Shown here: piece after piece, positions 53,121-64,000 of the stretch
Numbering within the stretch: the first letter of the stretch is position 1
Layout: every line of letters begins with the position of its first letter
Source: Haemophilus parainfluenzae
GTDB lineage: Bacteria > Pseudomonadota > Gammaproteobacteria > Enterobacterales > Pasteurellaceae
Assembly: GCA_018381885.1 (NCBI GenBank)
Contig: JAGZRA010000011.1
Location: forward strand, 25,294 to 89,293
Direction of reading: 5' to 3'
DNA length: 64,000 bases
Notes under the pieces: model-generated
Told to the model about the DNA's origin: nothing
Seen by the model: only the letters and a program-made list of their open reading frames with translations
Databases searched by the model: none
Made by a program: the position numbers and the translations under genes

Positions 53121-54173
53121 ATGAGTAATAATGATTTCTTAGTATTAAAAAATATCACTAAATCTTTTGGTAAATCCACAGTCATTGATAATTTAGATTT
53201 AACCATTAAACGTGGCACCATGGTGACCTTATTAGGGCCATCTGGTTGCGGTAAAACGACTGTATTACGTTTAGTAGCCGGCTTAGAAAACCCAACTTCA
53301 GGACAAATTTTTATTGATGGTGAAGATGTAACCAAATCATCTATTCAAAATCGTGATATTTGTATCGTATTCCAATCTTATGCGTTGTTCCCGCATATGA
53401 GTATCGGTGATAACGTAGGCTATGGTTTACGTATGCAAGGTGTGGGAAAAGAAGAACGAGCTAAGCGTGTAAAAGAAGCCTTAGAGTTAGTTGATTTAGC
53501 AGGTTTTGAAGATCGTTTTGTGGATCAGATTTCAGGTGGTCAACAACAACGTGTCGCTTTAGCGCGTGCGTTAGTGTTAAAACCAAAAGTATTACTTTTT
53601 GATGAGCCATTAAGTAACTTAGATGCAAACTTACGTCGTTCTATGCGTGAGAAAATTCGTGAACTGCAACAAAGTTTAGGCATTACCTCACTTTATGTGA
53701 CTCATGACCAAACTGAAGCGTTTGCGGTATCCGATGAAGTTATCGTCATGAATAAAGGTAAAATCATGCAAAAAGCGCCAGCAAAAGAGCTTTATTTGCG
53801 TCCAAATTCTTTATTCCTTGCAAACTTCATGGGCGAATCGAGCATCTTTGAAGGTAAATTGGAAAATAACACCATTGACGTGAATGGCTACAAATTACCA
53901 TTAAGCAATGCGGCACAATTCAATTTACCAGATGGTGAATGCTTAGTAGGCGTACGTCCTGAAGCAATTTACTTAAAAGCAGAAGGCGAGGCAGCACAAC
54001 AATGTGAAATCAAGAGTGCAGTCTATATGGGAAATCACTGGGAAGTGGTGGCAATTTGGGCAGGCAAAGAATTGCTCATTAACACCAAACCAGAAGACTT
54101 CAATGCTGATCTCAAACAAGCTTATGTGAATTTCTCTGAACAAGGTATTTTCTTATTGAAGAAAGAGAAATAA
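53121..54173 (+). CDS. AfuC/FbpC-type ABC ATP-binding protein
   Basis: 350 aa; Walker [26 protein letters not shown]-terminal TOBE-like domain. Confidence 0.8.
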   Translation: MSNNDFLVLKNITKSFGKSTVIDNLDLTIKRGTMVTLLGPSGCGKTTVLRLVAGLENPTSGQIFIDGEDVTKSSIQNRDICIVFQSYALFPHMSIGDNVGYGLRMQGVGKEERAKRVKEALELVDLAGFEDRFVDQISGGQQQRVALARALVLKPKVLLFDEPLSNLDANLRRSMREKIRELQQSLGITSLYVTHDQTEAFAVSDEVIVMNKGKIMQKAPAKELYLRPNSLFLANFMGESSIFEGKLENNTIDVNGYKLPLSNAAQFNLPDGECLVGVRPEAIYLKAEGEAAQQCEIKSAVYMGNHWEVVAIWAGKELLINTKPEDFNADLKQAYVNFSEQGIFLLKKEK

Positions 54174-54189
54174 TACCAATTTAAAGGCG

Positions 54190-54217
54190 TATGGAAGCAT
54201 ACGCCTTTTCTTTTAAA
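54190..54217 (+). terminator. Rho-independent terminator after the afu-like operon
   Basis: aaaggcgtatg-gaag-catacgcctttt. Confidence 0.7.
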
Positions 54218-54316
54218 ACCCTTTCAAAATTGACCGCACTTTTCCTTTCATTTTATTTTTCCTAACAGATCTGTATAATACTACCCTTTGAATATAAACG
54301 ATTACAGGAGGAAAGC

Positions 54317-56272
54317 ATGATAAAACCTGATACTTTACCGCAATTTTTGCGTAATAAAGTCGAGGAAAATGATGCCTTTGGTCTTGTGGAAGGGCTGTGT
54401 CAATTATTACGTAGTAGCCCTACAGAAAAAATTTCTCCAACCTTACATTTATTTAAGTTTATCTTAAAGAACGATAAAGAATTAGGCTGTTCTGTTTCGA
54501 AATTATTATGTGGTTGGTTATGTGGTTTACGCCTTTACCCGTTGTTTATTAGTAGTGGTATTCTTACGCGTGGCGGTTTTGGGCAAGAAATGAAAACGCG
54601 TATTTATGAGCGTTTTAACCCCTCTTTTAAAGATATTAATGATTTACGTGATATTTTTTATTTATTGTTTAGCGATAAAAATGATGCACGCTGGATTGAT
54701 GCCGTCCCATTAAAAACGTGGCGAGGCGTATTTGGCGTTTTAACCCGTTATACAGAACAAAAAGATCGGGAACGTTTAAAAAATCATATTGAAAGTGAAG
54801 GGTTATTTGCCATTGAGATGCTTTCAATTTGGATTGCAGCTGAAGATATGGATCCTGAGTTGATGCGAATGGAACCCTCTCTGTTAAATGCTGATTCACC
54901 TTTTGTTGCTTTACACCATGAGGTGGTTGATTGGGTAGCGGCGCGTCGCCAATCAATCGTTTTTGATGATAGCCATTTACAGGTAATGTTTGATCAATGT
55001 AAGGCATTGATTATTGGCTTACAGAAACGTGGAGCAGTAGTGGGGTCTTCCTTAAATACAGCGTATTTATTAGAACGTCTTTCCCAGACTTTAGAACGAT
55101 TAGAAACGTTGATGGCAATTTTTGTTTCAAATCGCTATTTACCGCGTCGAATATTGTTATTAACGGGTTGTTTTGCCCGTGCAGCTGCAGAGCGACATAG
55201 TATTTCCCGATTATGGAAACAAAGCTCAGGATTAATTGCTCGTAGTGTTACGCAGAATGCTGGGGACCACGGTGAGCATTACATTACTCGAGATAAAAAA
55301 GAGTATTGGGCAATGTTTTACTCTGCGGCAGGTGGTGGTGTATTGATTGCACTAATGGCGTTATTTAAAACCTATTTAGGCAGCATTATTGATGATAAAG
55401 TCTGGAAAGGTCTTGCCGAAGGTTTAAATTACGGCTTCGGTTTTATGGTGATCTTTATGTTGCATTTCACGGTTGCAACCAAACAGCCAGCCATGACAGC
55501 TGCTCGTTTTGCTGAGGCAGTAGAGAAAAATCCACAAGGCAAAACATTAAATATGAAATTAGCCCAGTTATTAGTGGATGTATTTCGTTCCCAAAGCGTG
55601 GCCGTTTTAGGCAATGTAGTAGTTGCTATGGGATTGGCGGCATTAATTGCTTTTGTTTATCAACATCAAACAGGTGAGCCATTGATGAATTCAGAGAAAA
55701 TAGCCTATCAATTACACCGTATTGATCCTTTAGATGGTTCTTTATGGTTCGCAGCTATTGCAGGTGTATGGTTATTCTGCTCCGGAATTATTTCTGGCTA
55801 TTTTGATAATCGTAGCAATTATTTGAATATGCGCATGCGTTTAGCACAACATCCGTTATTAAAAAAATTGATGTCTGAGAAGTCTCGCGTTAAATTTGCT
55901 AATTATATGCATGAGAATTATGGTTCGCTTATTGGTAACTTCTGTTTTGGTATGTTACTTGGGCTTACCGGTTTAGTGGGATATTTAACTCATCTCCCGT
56001 TAGATATTCGTCATGTGGCATTTTCATCAGCAAATTTAGGATATAGTGCAGTCAGTGGACAATTTGCTTATCCATTCTTTTTACAATGCATTGGTTTTGT
56101 ATTGTTGATTGGTTTAGTGAATTTAATGGTCAGTTTTTCATTAACACTTTGGGTCGCACTGCGCTCTTTAAATACGGAGATTGACAGCTGGTGGGCAATT
56201 TGGCATGAAGTTTATCAAATTGTGAGAAAACGTCCATTAAGCTTATTTTTCCCTGTTCAATTAGATAAATAA
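54317..56272 (+). CDS. large membrane protein of unknown function (~330-aa soluble N-terminal domain + ~6 TM helices); possibly the family annotated 'putative site-specific recombinase' (PF10136)
   Basis: 651 aa with a strong SD (caggaggaaagcATG); the PF10136 assignment is from memory only. Confidence 0.55.
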   Translation: MIKPDTLPQFLRNKVEENDAFGLVEGLCQLLRSSPTEKISPTLHLFKFILKNDKELGCSVSKLLCGWLCGLRLYPLFISSGILTRGGFGQEMKTRIYERFNPSFKDINDLRDIFYLLFSDKNDARWIDAVPLKTWRGVFGVLTRYTEQKDRERLKNHIESEGLFAIEMLSIWIAAEDMDPELMRMEPSLLNADSPFVALHHEVVDWVAARRQSIVFDDSHLQVMFDQCKALIIGLQKRGAVVGSSLNTAYLLERLSQTLERLETLMAIFVSNRYLPRRILLLTGCFARAAAERHSISRLWKQSSGLIARSVTQNAGDHGEHYITRDKKEYWAMFYSAAGGGVLIALMALFKTYLGSIIDDKVWKGLAEGLNYGFGFMVIFMLHFTVATKQPAMTAARFAEAVEKNPQGKTLNMKLAQLLVDVFRSQSVAVLGNVVVAMGLAALIAFVYQHQTGEPLMNSEKIAYQLHRIDPLDGSLWFAAIAGVWLFCSGIISGYFDNRSNYLNMRMRLAQHPLLKKLMSEKSRVKFANYMHENYGSLIGNFCFGMLLGLTGLVGYLTHLPLDIRHVAFSSANLGYSAVSGQFAYPFFLQCIGFVLLIGLVNLMVSFSLTLWVALRSLNTEIDSWWAIWHEVYQIVRKRPLSLFFPVQLDK

Positions 56273-56276
56273 CCCT

Positions 56277-56318
56277 CTTAAGTGCGGTCAAAAATATCAA
56301 CGTTTTTGACCGCACTTT
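56277..56318. terminator. USS inverted-pair terminator
   Basis: aagtgcggtcaaaaatatcaacgtttttgaccgcactt. Confidence 0.6.
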
Positions 56319-56386
56319 CTTTTCGGCAAATTTAATTTGCGTTATTATGTTGCTCATCTAATGCTATAACTTTATGAATTATTCTA

Positions 56387-57316
56387 ATGAAACCCACATT
56401 TCTTGAACTTCGTCACCTAAGAACCTTGCTTGCTTTAAAGGAAACGGGCAGCGTCTCGATGGCGGCAAAACGTGTTTATTTAACACAATCGGCACTCTCT
56501 CATCAAATTAAATTAATGGAAGAGCAATTCGGTTTACCTCTTTTTGAGCGTAAAAGTAATCCATTGCGTTTTACTGCAGCAGGCGATCGTTTGATTCGTC
56601 TTGCCAATGAAATTCTTCCGAAAGTGATTGATGCAGAACGTGAGCTCGCACGCGTAAAACACGGTGATGCAGGGCAATTACGAATTGCAGTAGAGTGTCA
56701 TACCTGTTTCGACTGGTTAATGCCAGCGATGGATGAATTTCGTCAACATTGGAGCTTGGTAGAATTGGATATTGTCTCAGGTTTCCATACCGATCCTGTA
56801 GGATTGTTATTGTCTCATCGTGCAGATTGGGCGATTGTGTCAGACGTTGAACAAAATGATGATGTTTTGTTTAAACCACTGTTTTCTTATGAAATGGTGG
56901 GGATTTGTTCTAAAGATCATCCATTAGCGAATAAAGAGGTTTGGCAGGCGGAAGATTTTGCTGAGGAAACTTGGGTAACCTATCCCGTGCCTGATGATAT
57001 GTTAGACTTATATCGTCAAGTGTTGAAACCGAAAGGCATTAATCCGCCGCGTCGTACAACAGAGCTAACGATCGCCTTGATCCAGTTAGTGGCAAGTCGT
57101 CGGGGTATTGCCACCGTACCTTATTGGGCGGCATTGCCTTATTTAGAAAAGGGGTATGTAGTGGCACGCAAAATTACAGAAGAAGGGTTATACAGTAACC
57201 TTTATGCAGCCATTCGTAAAGAAGATGCCAATTTAGCTTATATCGAAGATTTCCATCAAACAGTAAAAGCACAAAGTTTTTCGACCTTACCTGGTTTGTC
57301 TGTTTTAGAGTTGTAG
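56387..57316 (+). CDS. metR: LysR-family regulator MetR
   Basis: 309 aa; collinear with E. coli MetR (HTH ...SALSHQ..., RIAVECHTCFDWLMPA). Confidence 0.8.
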   Translation: MKPTFLELRHLRTLLALKETGSVSMAAKRVYLTQSALSHQIKLMEEQFGLPLFERKSNPLRFTAAGDRLIRLANEILPKVIDAERELARVKHGDAGQLRIAVECHTCFDWLMPAMDEFRQHWSLVELDIVSGFHTDPVGLLLSHRADWAIVSDVEQNDDVLFKPLFSYEMVGICSKDHPLANKEVWQAEDFAEETWVTYPVPDDMLDLYRQVLKPKGINPPRRTTELTIALIQLVASRRGIATVPYWAALPYLEKGYVVARKITEEGLYSNLYAAIRKEDANLAYIEDFHQTVKAQSFSTLPGLSVLEL

Positions 57317-57325
57317 TAGGTCAAT

Positions 57326-58051
57326 ATGTCGGAAGTGGTGACAGAAAATCCCATCAAAGCCGCAGCAAAAGCGGCATTTCCTTACAGCATGCCAATGCTT
57401 GCCGGCTTTTTATTTTTAGGCATTGCATATGGCATTTACATGAAAGCACTTGGATTTTGTGTTTGGTTCCCTGTTGCAATGGCAGCACTCATTTATGCGG
57501 GCTCCGTGGAGTTTATTGCGGCAGCCGCACTAGTTATGCCTTTTTCGCCTTTAAGTGTCGCATTAGTTACGCTGATGGTAAGTGGTCGTCAGATTTTTTA
57601 TGGCATTTCCATGTTAGAAAAATATGGTGCTCAAATTGGGAAAAAACGTTGGTATTTAATTAGTACTCTAGTAGATGAAAGTTTTTCCCTGAACTATATG
57701 GCGAAAATTCCCGATCATTTAGATAAAGGCTGGTACATGTTCTTTGTTAGTTTTTATCTGCACGTTTATTGGGTCGTCGGTGCGGGATTAGGTAACCTAT
57801 TTGGTTCAATCATTCCTTTTGATTTAAAAGGGGTAGAGTTTGGGATGACCGCACTTTTCCTCGTAATCTTTGCTGAAAACTGGCTAAAAGAAAAATCTCA
57901 TGAAAGCTCATTATTAGGTTTAGGTGTAGCTTTTGCATCGCTGTTAATTGTTGGGAAAGAACACTTTTTAGTGCCAACACTCATTAGTATTTGGATTCTG
58001 TTAACCGTAAGACGACCGAAACTTTCATCTAAATTGGAGGCACTAAAATGA
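57326..58051 (+). CDS. azlC: branched-chain amino acid exporter, AzlC family
   Basis: 241-aa membrane protein; overlaps the following azlD-type gene by 4 nt. Confidence 0.8.
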   Translation: MSEVVTENPIKAAAKAAFPYSMPMLAGFLFLGIAYGIYMKALGFCVWFPVAMAALIYAGSVEFIAAAALVMPFSPLSVALVTLMVSGRQIFYGISMLEKYGAQIGKKRWYLISTLVDESFSLNYMAKIPDHLDKGWYMFFVSFYLHVYWVVGAGLGNLFGSIIPFDLKGVEFGMTALFLVIFAENWLKEKSHESSLLGLGVAFASLLIVGKEHFLVPTLISIWILLTVRRPKLSSKLEALK

Positions 58052-58377
58052 CATTGATGGAACAAATTATCACCATTGTGATTTGTATTGTGTGCGTGCA
58101 ATTTACTCGATTATTGCCATTCTGGATCTTTCCCGCCAATCGCCCGATTCCGGACTATATTCGTTACCTTGGCAAAGTATTGCCTGCGGCGATGTTTGGG
58201 ATGTTAGTGGTGTATTGCTATAAAAATGTGGATGTATTGAGTGGTTATCACGGCTTGCCCGATTTCATTGCAGGTGCTTTGGTATTGGGGTTACATTTCT
58301 GGAAAAAGAACATGTTTCTTTCTATCTCGGCAGGCACAATTTTTTATATGTTTTTAGTGCAAAAAGTCTTTATCTAA
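58048..58377 (+). CDS. azlD: branched-chain amino acid exporter small subunit, AzlD family
   Basis: 109 aa, three to four TM helices; translationally coupled to azlC. Confidence 0.75.
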   Translation: MTLMEQIITIVICIVCVQFTRLLPFWIFPANRPIPDYIRYLGKVLPAAMFGMLVVYCYKNVDVLSGYHGLPDFIAGALVLGLHFWKKNMFLSISAGTIFYMFLVQKVFI

Positions 58378-58499
58378 GCGAATGTTGAGCGAAATAAAAA
58401 TTTCTTGATATTGCAATCGGTTGCCTTTATTTTGCCTCTTTTCCTCAATTCCAAAATCTTTTATGATGCCGCCTCCAATCATTGTTGACGGAGAGATTT

Positions 58500-58745
58500 A
58501 TGGAATTTAATTTCATCGAATTATTAGGTTATTTGGCAACATTCTTTGTGGCTGTGTCTTTTTTATTTAAATCGATTGTTCACTTGAGAGTTGTCAATGC
58601 TATTGGGGCGATACTCTTTGTCATTTACAGTTTGATCATCAAATCTTATCCAGTTGCGCTTCTAAACGCATTTTTATTTTTCGTTAACTTATATCAACTT
58701 TATCGTTTGAAAAAAGAGCAACCGGCATCAAAAGTGCTTAAATAA
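58500..58745 (+). CDS. small inner-membrane protein (YgjV-like), hypothetical
   Basis: 81 aa from ATG 58500 with a GGAGAG SD; two or three TM helices. Confidence 0.45.
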   Translation: MEFNFIELLGYLATFFVAVSFLFKSIVHLRVVNAIGAILFVIYSLIIKSYPVALLNAFLFFVNLYQLYRLKKEQPASKVLK

Positions 58746-58766
58746 TTGACCGCACTTTTCCACGAT

Positions 58767-59699
58767 TTACCCCCACATTTGATATAACGCAATTACTAGT
58801 GGCATAGTAAACATACAAAGCAGCGTCGTTACACCATAGATGGCGCTGGCTTTCTGTGGATTGTTGTTATAAATCACCGCCATTTGTGTCACGGTTGAAG
58901 CAGATGGGCTAGTGGTTGCTAAAAAACTAATCAACACAATAATTTCGCCTTTTTCAGCCCAATGCACAAACCCAATCAGTTTTATTAATACCAATAATGC
59001 AATCGGAATAAGTAATAAGCGCAAAAGTGTGACTAAATAAATGCGTTTGGATGCTACGATGCTCCGTAAAGGAATTGCCGCAATCAGCATGCCTGCAACA
59101 AGCATGGCATTCGGACCAATAAACAATCCAATCGAAGACAGCGTACCATTAATAATATTTGGCAACTTAATTTGAAAAGCAAACAAAAATGCCCCGACGA
59201 GAATTGACCAAATATTGATGTTTTTGGCAATCATCTTCCAGGATAAATTTCCTTTTCCTACAATAATCAAACGACAATGCGTCCAAAATAGAAAGGTTTG
59301 TACCACAATAAAACAGCTGGCGTAAATGACCCATTCTTTGCCAAATAGCGACATCACAATCGGAATAATTAAATTACCAGAATTGGAATAAATGGAGGTG
59401 GCGTGCTCAATAGGATCAAGTTTTAGTAGGCGTTTTAATAGACTGCCAATAATAATCAGAATACCCTGAAGAAATACGGCCATAAGTAGTGAAAGCTGTA
59501 AACCTTGCAGGATTTCAGGTGTGTAATCAATTTGAAATGCCTCAATCATCACTGATGGACTGATAACATAAAGCCCAATAATAGAAAGCGGCTTGCTATC
59601 TTCTGATTTTAATAATTTTGATTTAACCAACCCATAGCCAATAAGTACAATGAGTGTCAGTTCAATAATTTTAGTGCCGAGTAAAAAAGTGATGTCCAT
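58767..59699 (-). CDS. AEC (auxin efflux carrier) family transporter
   Basis: 310 aa, about 10 TM helices. Confidence 0.7.
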   Translation of the reverse strand: MDITFLLGTKIIELTLIVLIGYGLVKSKLLKSEDSKPLSIIGLYVISPSVMIEAFQIDYTPEILQGLQLSLLMAVFLQGILIIIGSLLKRLLKLDPIEHATSIYSNSGNLIIPIVMSLFGKEWVIYASCFIVVQTFLFWTHCRLIIVGKGNLSWKMIAKNINIWSILVGAFLFAFQIKLPNIINGTLSSIGLFIGPNAMLVAGMLIAAIPLRSIVASKRIYLVTLLRLLLIPIALLVLIKLIGFVHWAEKGEIIVLISFLATTSPSASTVTQMAVIYNNNPQKASAIYGVTTLLCMFTMPLVIALYQMWG

Positions 59700-59740
59700 A
59701 GTGAATATTGATGAGATAAATTAGTGCTATGAAAGAAGAA

Positions 59741-59762
59741 AAGGGCAAATAATTTGCCCTTT
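59741..59762 (-). terminator. Rho-independent terminator of guaA
   Basis: aaagggcaaa-ttat-ttgcccttt then T-rich sequence on the minus strand. Confidence 0.6.
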
Positions 59763-59775
59763 AAATTGATCTAGG

Positions 59776-61335
59776 TTACTCCCACTCGATAGTTGCTGGG
59801 GGTTTTCCGCTGATGTCGTACACCACGCGGGAAATGCCATTCACTTCATTGATAATACGGTTAGACACTTTGCCTAATAAATCATAAGGCAAGTGAGCCC
59901 AATGTGCGGTCATAAAATCGATTGTTTCTACCGCACGTAGTGAGATAACCCAATCGTATTTACGGCCATCGCCCATCACACCTACAGATTTCACCGGTAA
60001 GAATACGCTGAAGGCTTGGCTGGTTTTTTCATACCAACCGCTGTTGCGTAATTCTTCGATAAAGATCGCATCCGCACGGCGCAATAAATCGCAGTATTCT
60101 TTTTTCACTTCACCTAATACACGCACGCCTAAACCTGGACCAGGGAATGGGTGACGGTTGATCATTTCAGCTGGTAAGCCTAATGCTAAACCGATTTTAC
60201 GCACTTCGTCTTTAAATAACTCACGTAGTGGTTCAACTAAGCCAAGTTTCATATAGTCTGGTAAGCCACCTACGTTGTGGTGTGATTTAATCACATGTGC
60301 TTTACCAGTTTTGCTTGCTGCAGATTCGATCACGTCAGGGTAGATCGTACCTTGTGCCAACCATTTCACATTAGTGAGTTTTTTCGATTCATCATCGAAT
60401 ACATCTACGAACACTTTACCGATAATTTTACGTTTTGCTTCAGGATCCGATACGCCAGCAAGTTCGCCTAAGAAACGACTTTCAGCATCAACACGGGTAA
60501 TGTTCAAGCCGAATTTATCGCCAAACATTTCCATGACTTGATCGCCTTCGTGTAAGCGGAGTAAACCGTTATCCACGAATACGCAGTGTAAGTTTTTGCC
60601 GATAGCACGGTGTAAAAGTAATGCAACCACAGAAGAGTCCACACCACCAGATAAACCTAAAATTACTTCATCATCGCCCACTTGTGCTTTAATGCGAGCA
60701 ACGGCATCTTCGATAATGTTTTCTGCTGTCCATTTAGTTTCGCAACCACAAATGTTTACGACGAAATTCATTAATAATTCCAAACCTTTTTTGGTATGAG
60801 TTACTTCAGGGTGGAATTGTACGCCGTAGAAACGACGGTTTTCGTCAGACATTGCCGCAATTGGACAGGTTGGAGTCGTACCAGTAACTTGGAAGTTTTC
60901 TGGTAAACGCGTTACTTTATCGCCATGGCTCATCCATACATCTAATTTGCTGTCGCCATCATTTAAATGAGCGAAAAGTGCGGTCGGATTATCCATTAAA
61001 ACAGAAGCATAGCCGAATTCACGATGATCCGAAGTTTCAGTTAAGCCACCAAGTTGCATCGCCATGGTTTGCATACCGTAACAAATACCCAATACAGGCA
61101 CGCCTGCATTAAATACGTATTCAGGTGCACGCGGGCTGTTCTCTTCGGTAGTACTTTCAGGACCGCCAGAAAGAATGATACCGTCTGGATTAAATTCACG
61201 GATTTGTTCTTTAGTCACATCCCACGCCCAAAGTTCGCAGTACACACCGATTTCACGCACACGACGTGCAATCAGTTGAGTATATTGTGAACCGAAGTCT
61301 AGGATCAGGATTTTATGATTGTGGATGTTTGTCAT
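59776..61335 (-). CDS. guaA: GMP synthase (glutamine-hydrolysing)
   Basis: 519 aa; collinear with E. coli GuaA to the last residue. Confidence 0.9.
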   Translation of the reverse strand: MTNIHNHKILILDFGSQYTQLIARRVREIGVYCELWAWDVTKEQIREFNPDGIILSGGPESTTEENSPRAPEYVFNAGVPVLGICYGMQTMAMQLGGLTETSDHREFGYASVLMDNPTALFAHLNDGDSKLDVWMSHGDKVTRLPENFQVTGTTPTCPIAAMSDENRRFYGVQFHPEVTHTKKGLELLMNFVVNICGCETKWTAENIIEDAVARIKAQVGDDEVILGLSGGVDSSVVALLLHRAIGKNLHCVFVDNGLLRLHEGDQVMEMFGDKFGLNITRVDAESRFLGELAGVSDPEAKRKIIGKVFVDVFDDESKKLTNVKWLAQGTIYPDVIESAASKTGKAHVIKSHHNVGGLPDYMKLGLVEPLRELFKDEVRKIGLALGLPAEMINRHPFPGPGLGVRVLGEVKKEYCDLLRRADAIFIEELRNSGWYEKTSQAFSVFLPVKSVGVMGDGRKYDWVISLRAVETIDFMTAHWAHLPYDLLGKVSNRIINEVNGISRVVYDISGKPPATIEWE

Positions 61336-61348
61336 TTTTTACCTTATG

Positions 61349-61678
61349 TTAGTTTGACGTGGTCATATTGATGTAGGTTCCACCTTGACCATCGCTGATA
61401 TATTTAATTTTAAATACTTCAGTTTGATTACAGCCTTTTACTGTCCAAGTTTCATATGCTGAATCAACAGTAGATGTTTTAGGGTTGATTTTTGCATCAT
61501 TGATCTGAGTATGAATTTGTTTTGGTGTACAATTATGGATTGCTCTAAAAGCCAGATTGATATTACGTTCTGTATCTGATTTTAGTAAAGAACTTGCCGT
61601 TGTTTCTCCAGTATAAGTTGGTCCGAAAAGCGCACAACTTGATATGATAAACGGAATGAGTAATGCTAGTTTTTTCAT
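61349..61678 (-). CDS. small lipoprotein between guaB and guaA
   Basis: 109 aa; lipobox ISSC. Confidence 0.55.
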   Translation of the reverse strand: MKKLALLIPFIISSCALFGPTYTGETTASSLLKSDTERNINLAFRAIHNCTPKQIHTQINDAKINPKTSTVDSAYETWTVKGCNQTEVFKIKYISDGQGGTYINMTTSN

Positions 61679-61708
61679 TTCAGTCCTTTTAGTTGCCTAA
61701 AATATTTC

Positions 61709-61737
61709 AAAAGAGCGGTTAAATAAACCGCTCTTTT
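61709..61737 (-). terminator. hairpin downstream of guaB
   Basis: aaaagagcggtt-aaat-aaaccgctctttt on the minus strand. Confidence 0.55.
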
Positions 61738-61742
61738 ATCAA

Positions 61743-63206
61743 TTAGCCCATACGATAGTTTGGTGCTTCTTTAGTAATTGTTACATCATGAACATGGCTT
61801 TCTTTAATACCCGCACCACTGATGCGAACAAATTCTGCTTTCGTACGTAATTCTTCGATGGTTGCGCAGCCAGTTAAGCCCATGCAAGAACGTAAACCAC
61901 CCATTTGTTGGTGGATGATTTCTTTTAAGTAACCTTTGTATGGAATACGGCCTTCGATACCTTCTGGTACGAGTTTGTCTGCAGCGTTATCAGATTGGAA
62001 GTAGCGGTCAGATGAGCCTTTCGCCATCGCACCTAATGAACCCATACCACGGTAAGATTTAAATGCGCGGCCTTGATAAAGTTCGATTTCACCCGGTGCT
62101 TCTTCGGTACCTGCGAACATTGAACCAACCATTACACAGCTCGCACCTGCTGCGATAGCTTTTGCAATATCACCAGAGAAACGGATACCACCATCTGCGA
62201 TAACTGGAATACCACGATCTTTTAATGCAGCCGCTGCATCTGCGATAGCAGTGATTTGTGGAACACCTACACCAGTCACAATACGAGTTGTACAAATTGA
62301 ACCAGGACCAATGCCCACTTTCACTGCGCTTGCACCTGCATCAGCTAATGCGATTGCTCCTTCAGCCGTTGCTACGTTACCTGCAACGATCGGTAAGTTT
62401 GGATATTTTGCACGAGTTTCACGAACACGTTGTAATACGCCTTCTGAATGACCGTGAGAAGAGTCGATTAATAATACATCTACGCCGGCTTTTACTAAAG
62501 CATCAATACGTTCTTCGTTACCTGGGCCTGCACCTACAGCCGCACCAACGCGTAAACGACCAAATTCATCTTTACATGCGTTCGGTTTTTGTTCTGCTTT
62601 TTGGAAGTCTTTAACGGTAATCATGCCTTTTAATTTGAAAGCATCATCAACAACAAGTACTTTCTCTACGCGGTTTTTGTGCATTAATTCCAAAATCGTT
62701 TCACGGCTAGCACCTTCTTTTACGGTGACTAAGTCTTCTTTTTTCGTCATTAATTGTGAAACGGTTTTACTTAAGTCTTTTACGAAACGTGTGTCGCGAC
62801 CAGTGATGATACCGGTTAAGTTATTTTCATCATCGACAACAGGGTATCCTGCGAAGCCGTTTTTCTTTACCATTTCAGCAAGTGCTGCAAGGGTTAAATC
62901 GGGCGAAACAGTTACAGGTTCAGATACGATACCACTTTCAAATTTTTTCACTTTACGAACACGATCCGCTTGGCGTTCGATAGTCATATTTTTGTGAATA
63001 AAGCCGATGCCACCTTCTTGTGCTAAAGAGATCGCTAATTTGGTTTCTGTGACAGTATCCATCGCAGCAGAAAGCATAGGAATATTTAAGCGAATTTCTT
63101 TGGTGAGTTGAGTTGAGAGGTTGGCTGTGTTCGGAAGAACAGTTGAATGAGCAGGGACGAGTAGAACGTCGTCAAAAGTCAGAGCTTCTTGTTTGATTCT
63201 AAGCAT
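61743..63206 (-). CDS. guaB: IMP dehydrogenase
   Basis: 487 aa; CBS pair; catalytic [11 protein letters not shown]. Confidence 0.9.
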   Translation of the reverse strand: MLRIKQEALTFDDVLLVPAHSTVLPNTANLSTQLTKEIRLNIPMLSAAMDTVTETKLAISLAQEGGIGFIHKNMTIERQADRVRKVKKFESGIVSEPVTVSPDLTLAALAEMVKKNGFAGYPVVDDENNLTGIITGRDTRFVKDLSKTVSQLMTKKEDLVTVKEGASRETILELMHKNRVEKVLVVDDAFKLKGMITVKDFQKAEQKPNACKDEFGRLRVGAAVGAGPGNEERIDALVKAGVDVLLIDSSHGHSEGVLQRVRETRAKYPNLPIVAGNVATAEGAIALADAGASAVKVGIGPGSICTTRIVTGVGVPQITAIADAAAALKDRGIPVIADGGIRFSGDIAKAIAAGASCVMVGSMFAGTEEAPGEIELYQGRAFKSYRGMGSLGAMAKGSSDRYFQSDNAADKLVPEGIEGRIPYKGYLKEIIHQQMGGLRSCMGLTGCATIEELRTKAEFVRISGAGIKESHVHDVTITKEAPNYRMG

Positions 63207-63327
63207 GGCAATATCTCGCTGTTAAAAGTTGTGTCAAAAAATATTGCGCCGGGATTATACAGATTTTTCATGTGGTTGAAAATGAATTTTTTCGCTTTTA
63301 TGGTAAGATTTGGCAAGGTTTTTATGA

Positions 63328-64000
<673 letters not shown>

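Overview
This window is a 64-kb chromosomal segment of a Pasteurellaceae genome. It carries about 45 copies of the Hin-type uptake signal sequence core AAGTGCGGT/ACCGCACTT on both strands, and many transcription terminators are built from inverted pairs of that motif. Overall GC is roughly 38-40%. This is consistent with Haemophilus (or Aggregatibacter/Pasteurella) but the species cannot be assigned. Most of the content is housekeeping genes. In order: hrpA (3' part), an AT-rich foreign-looking gene, dcuC, folK, pcnB and dksA; rec2/comEC with a textbook CRP-S (Sxy-dependent) site; msbA, lpxK, ycaR and a disrupted kdsB; uvrC and a TerC-family gene; fbpCBA/hitABC with a Fur box; the bifunctional gshF; ybeZ(phoH-like), ybeY, a Cof-type HAD hydrolase, hisC and serC; yeeX, a PEBP-family gene, rsmC, a lipoprotein, holD and rimI; the selenocysteine formate dehydrogenase-N cluster fdhE-fdxIHG with its in-frame TGA, plus fdhD; a decayed afuA-like SBP gene; uvrD with a LexA-box candidate; dppBCDF with a deletion across the dppB/dppC junction; a sotB-like MFS exporter, a short AsmA-family gene, dcd and udk; two tandem intact afuA-like SBP genes with a fused permease and ATPase; a 651-aa membrane protein of unknown function; metR, azlCD, a small membrane protein, an AEC transporter, guaA, a lipoprotein, guaB and the 5' part of birA. 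No rRNA, tRNA, CRISPR array, integrase, transposase or prophage was found. The features most worth attention are the low-GC single-gene insertion at 2175..3086 (possible DUF2971-like/defence gene) and three independent short deletions that break kdsB, an afuA paralog and the dppB/dppC junction.
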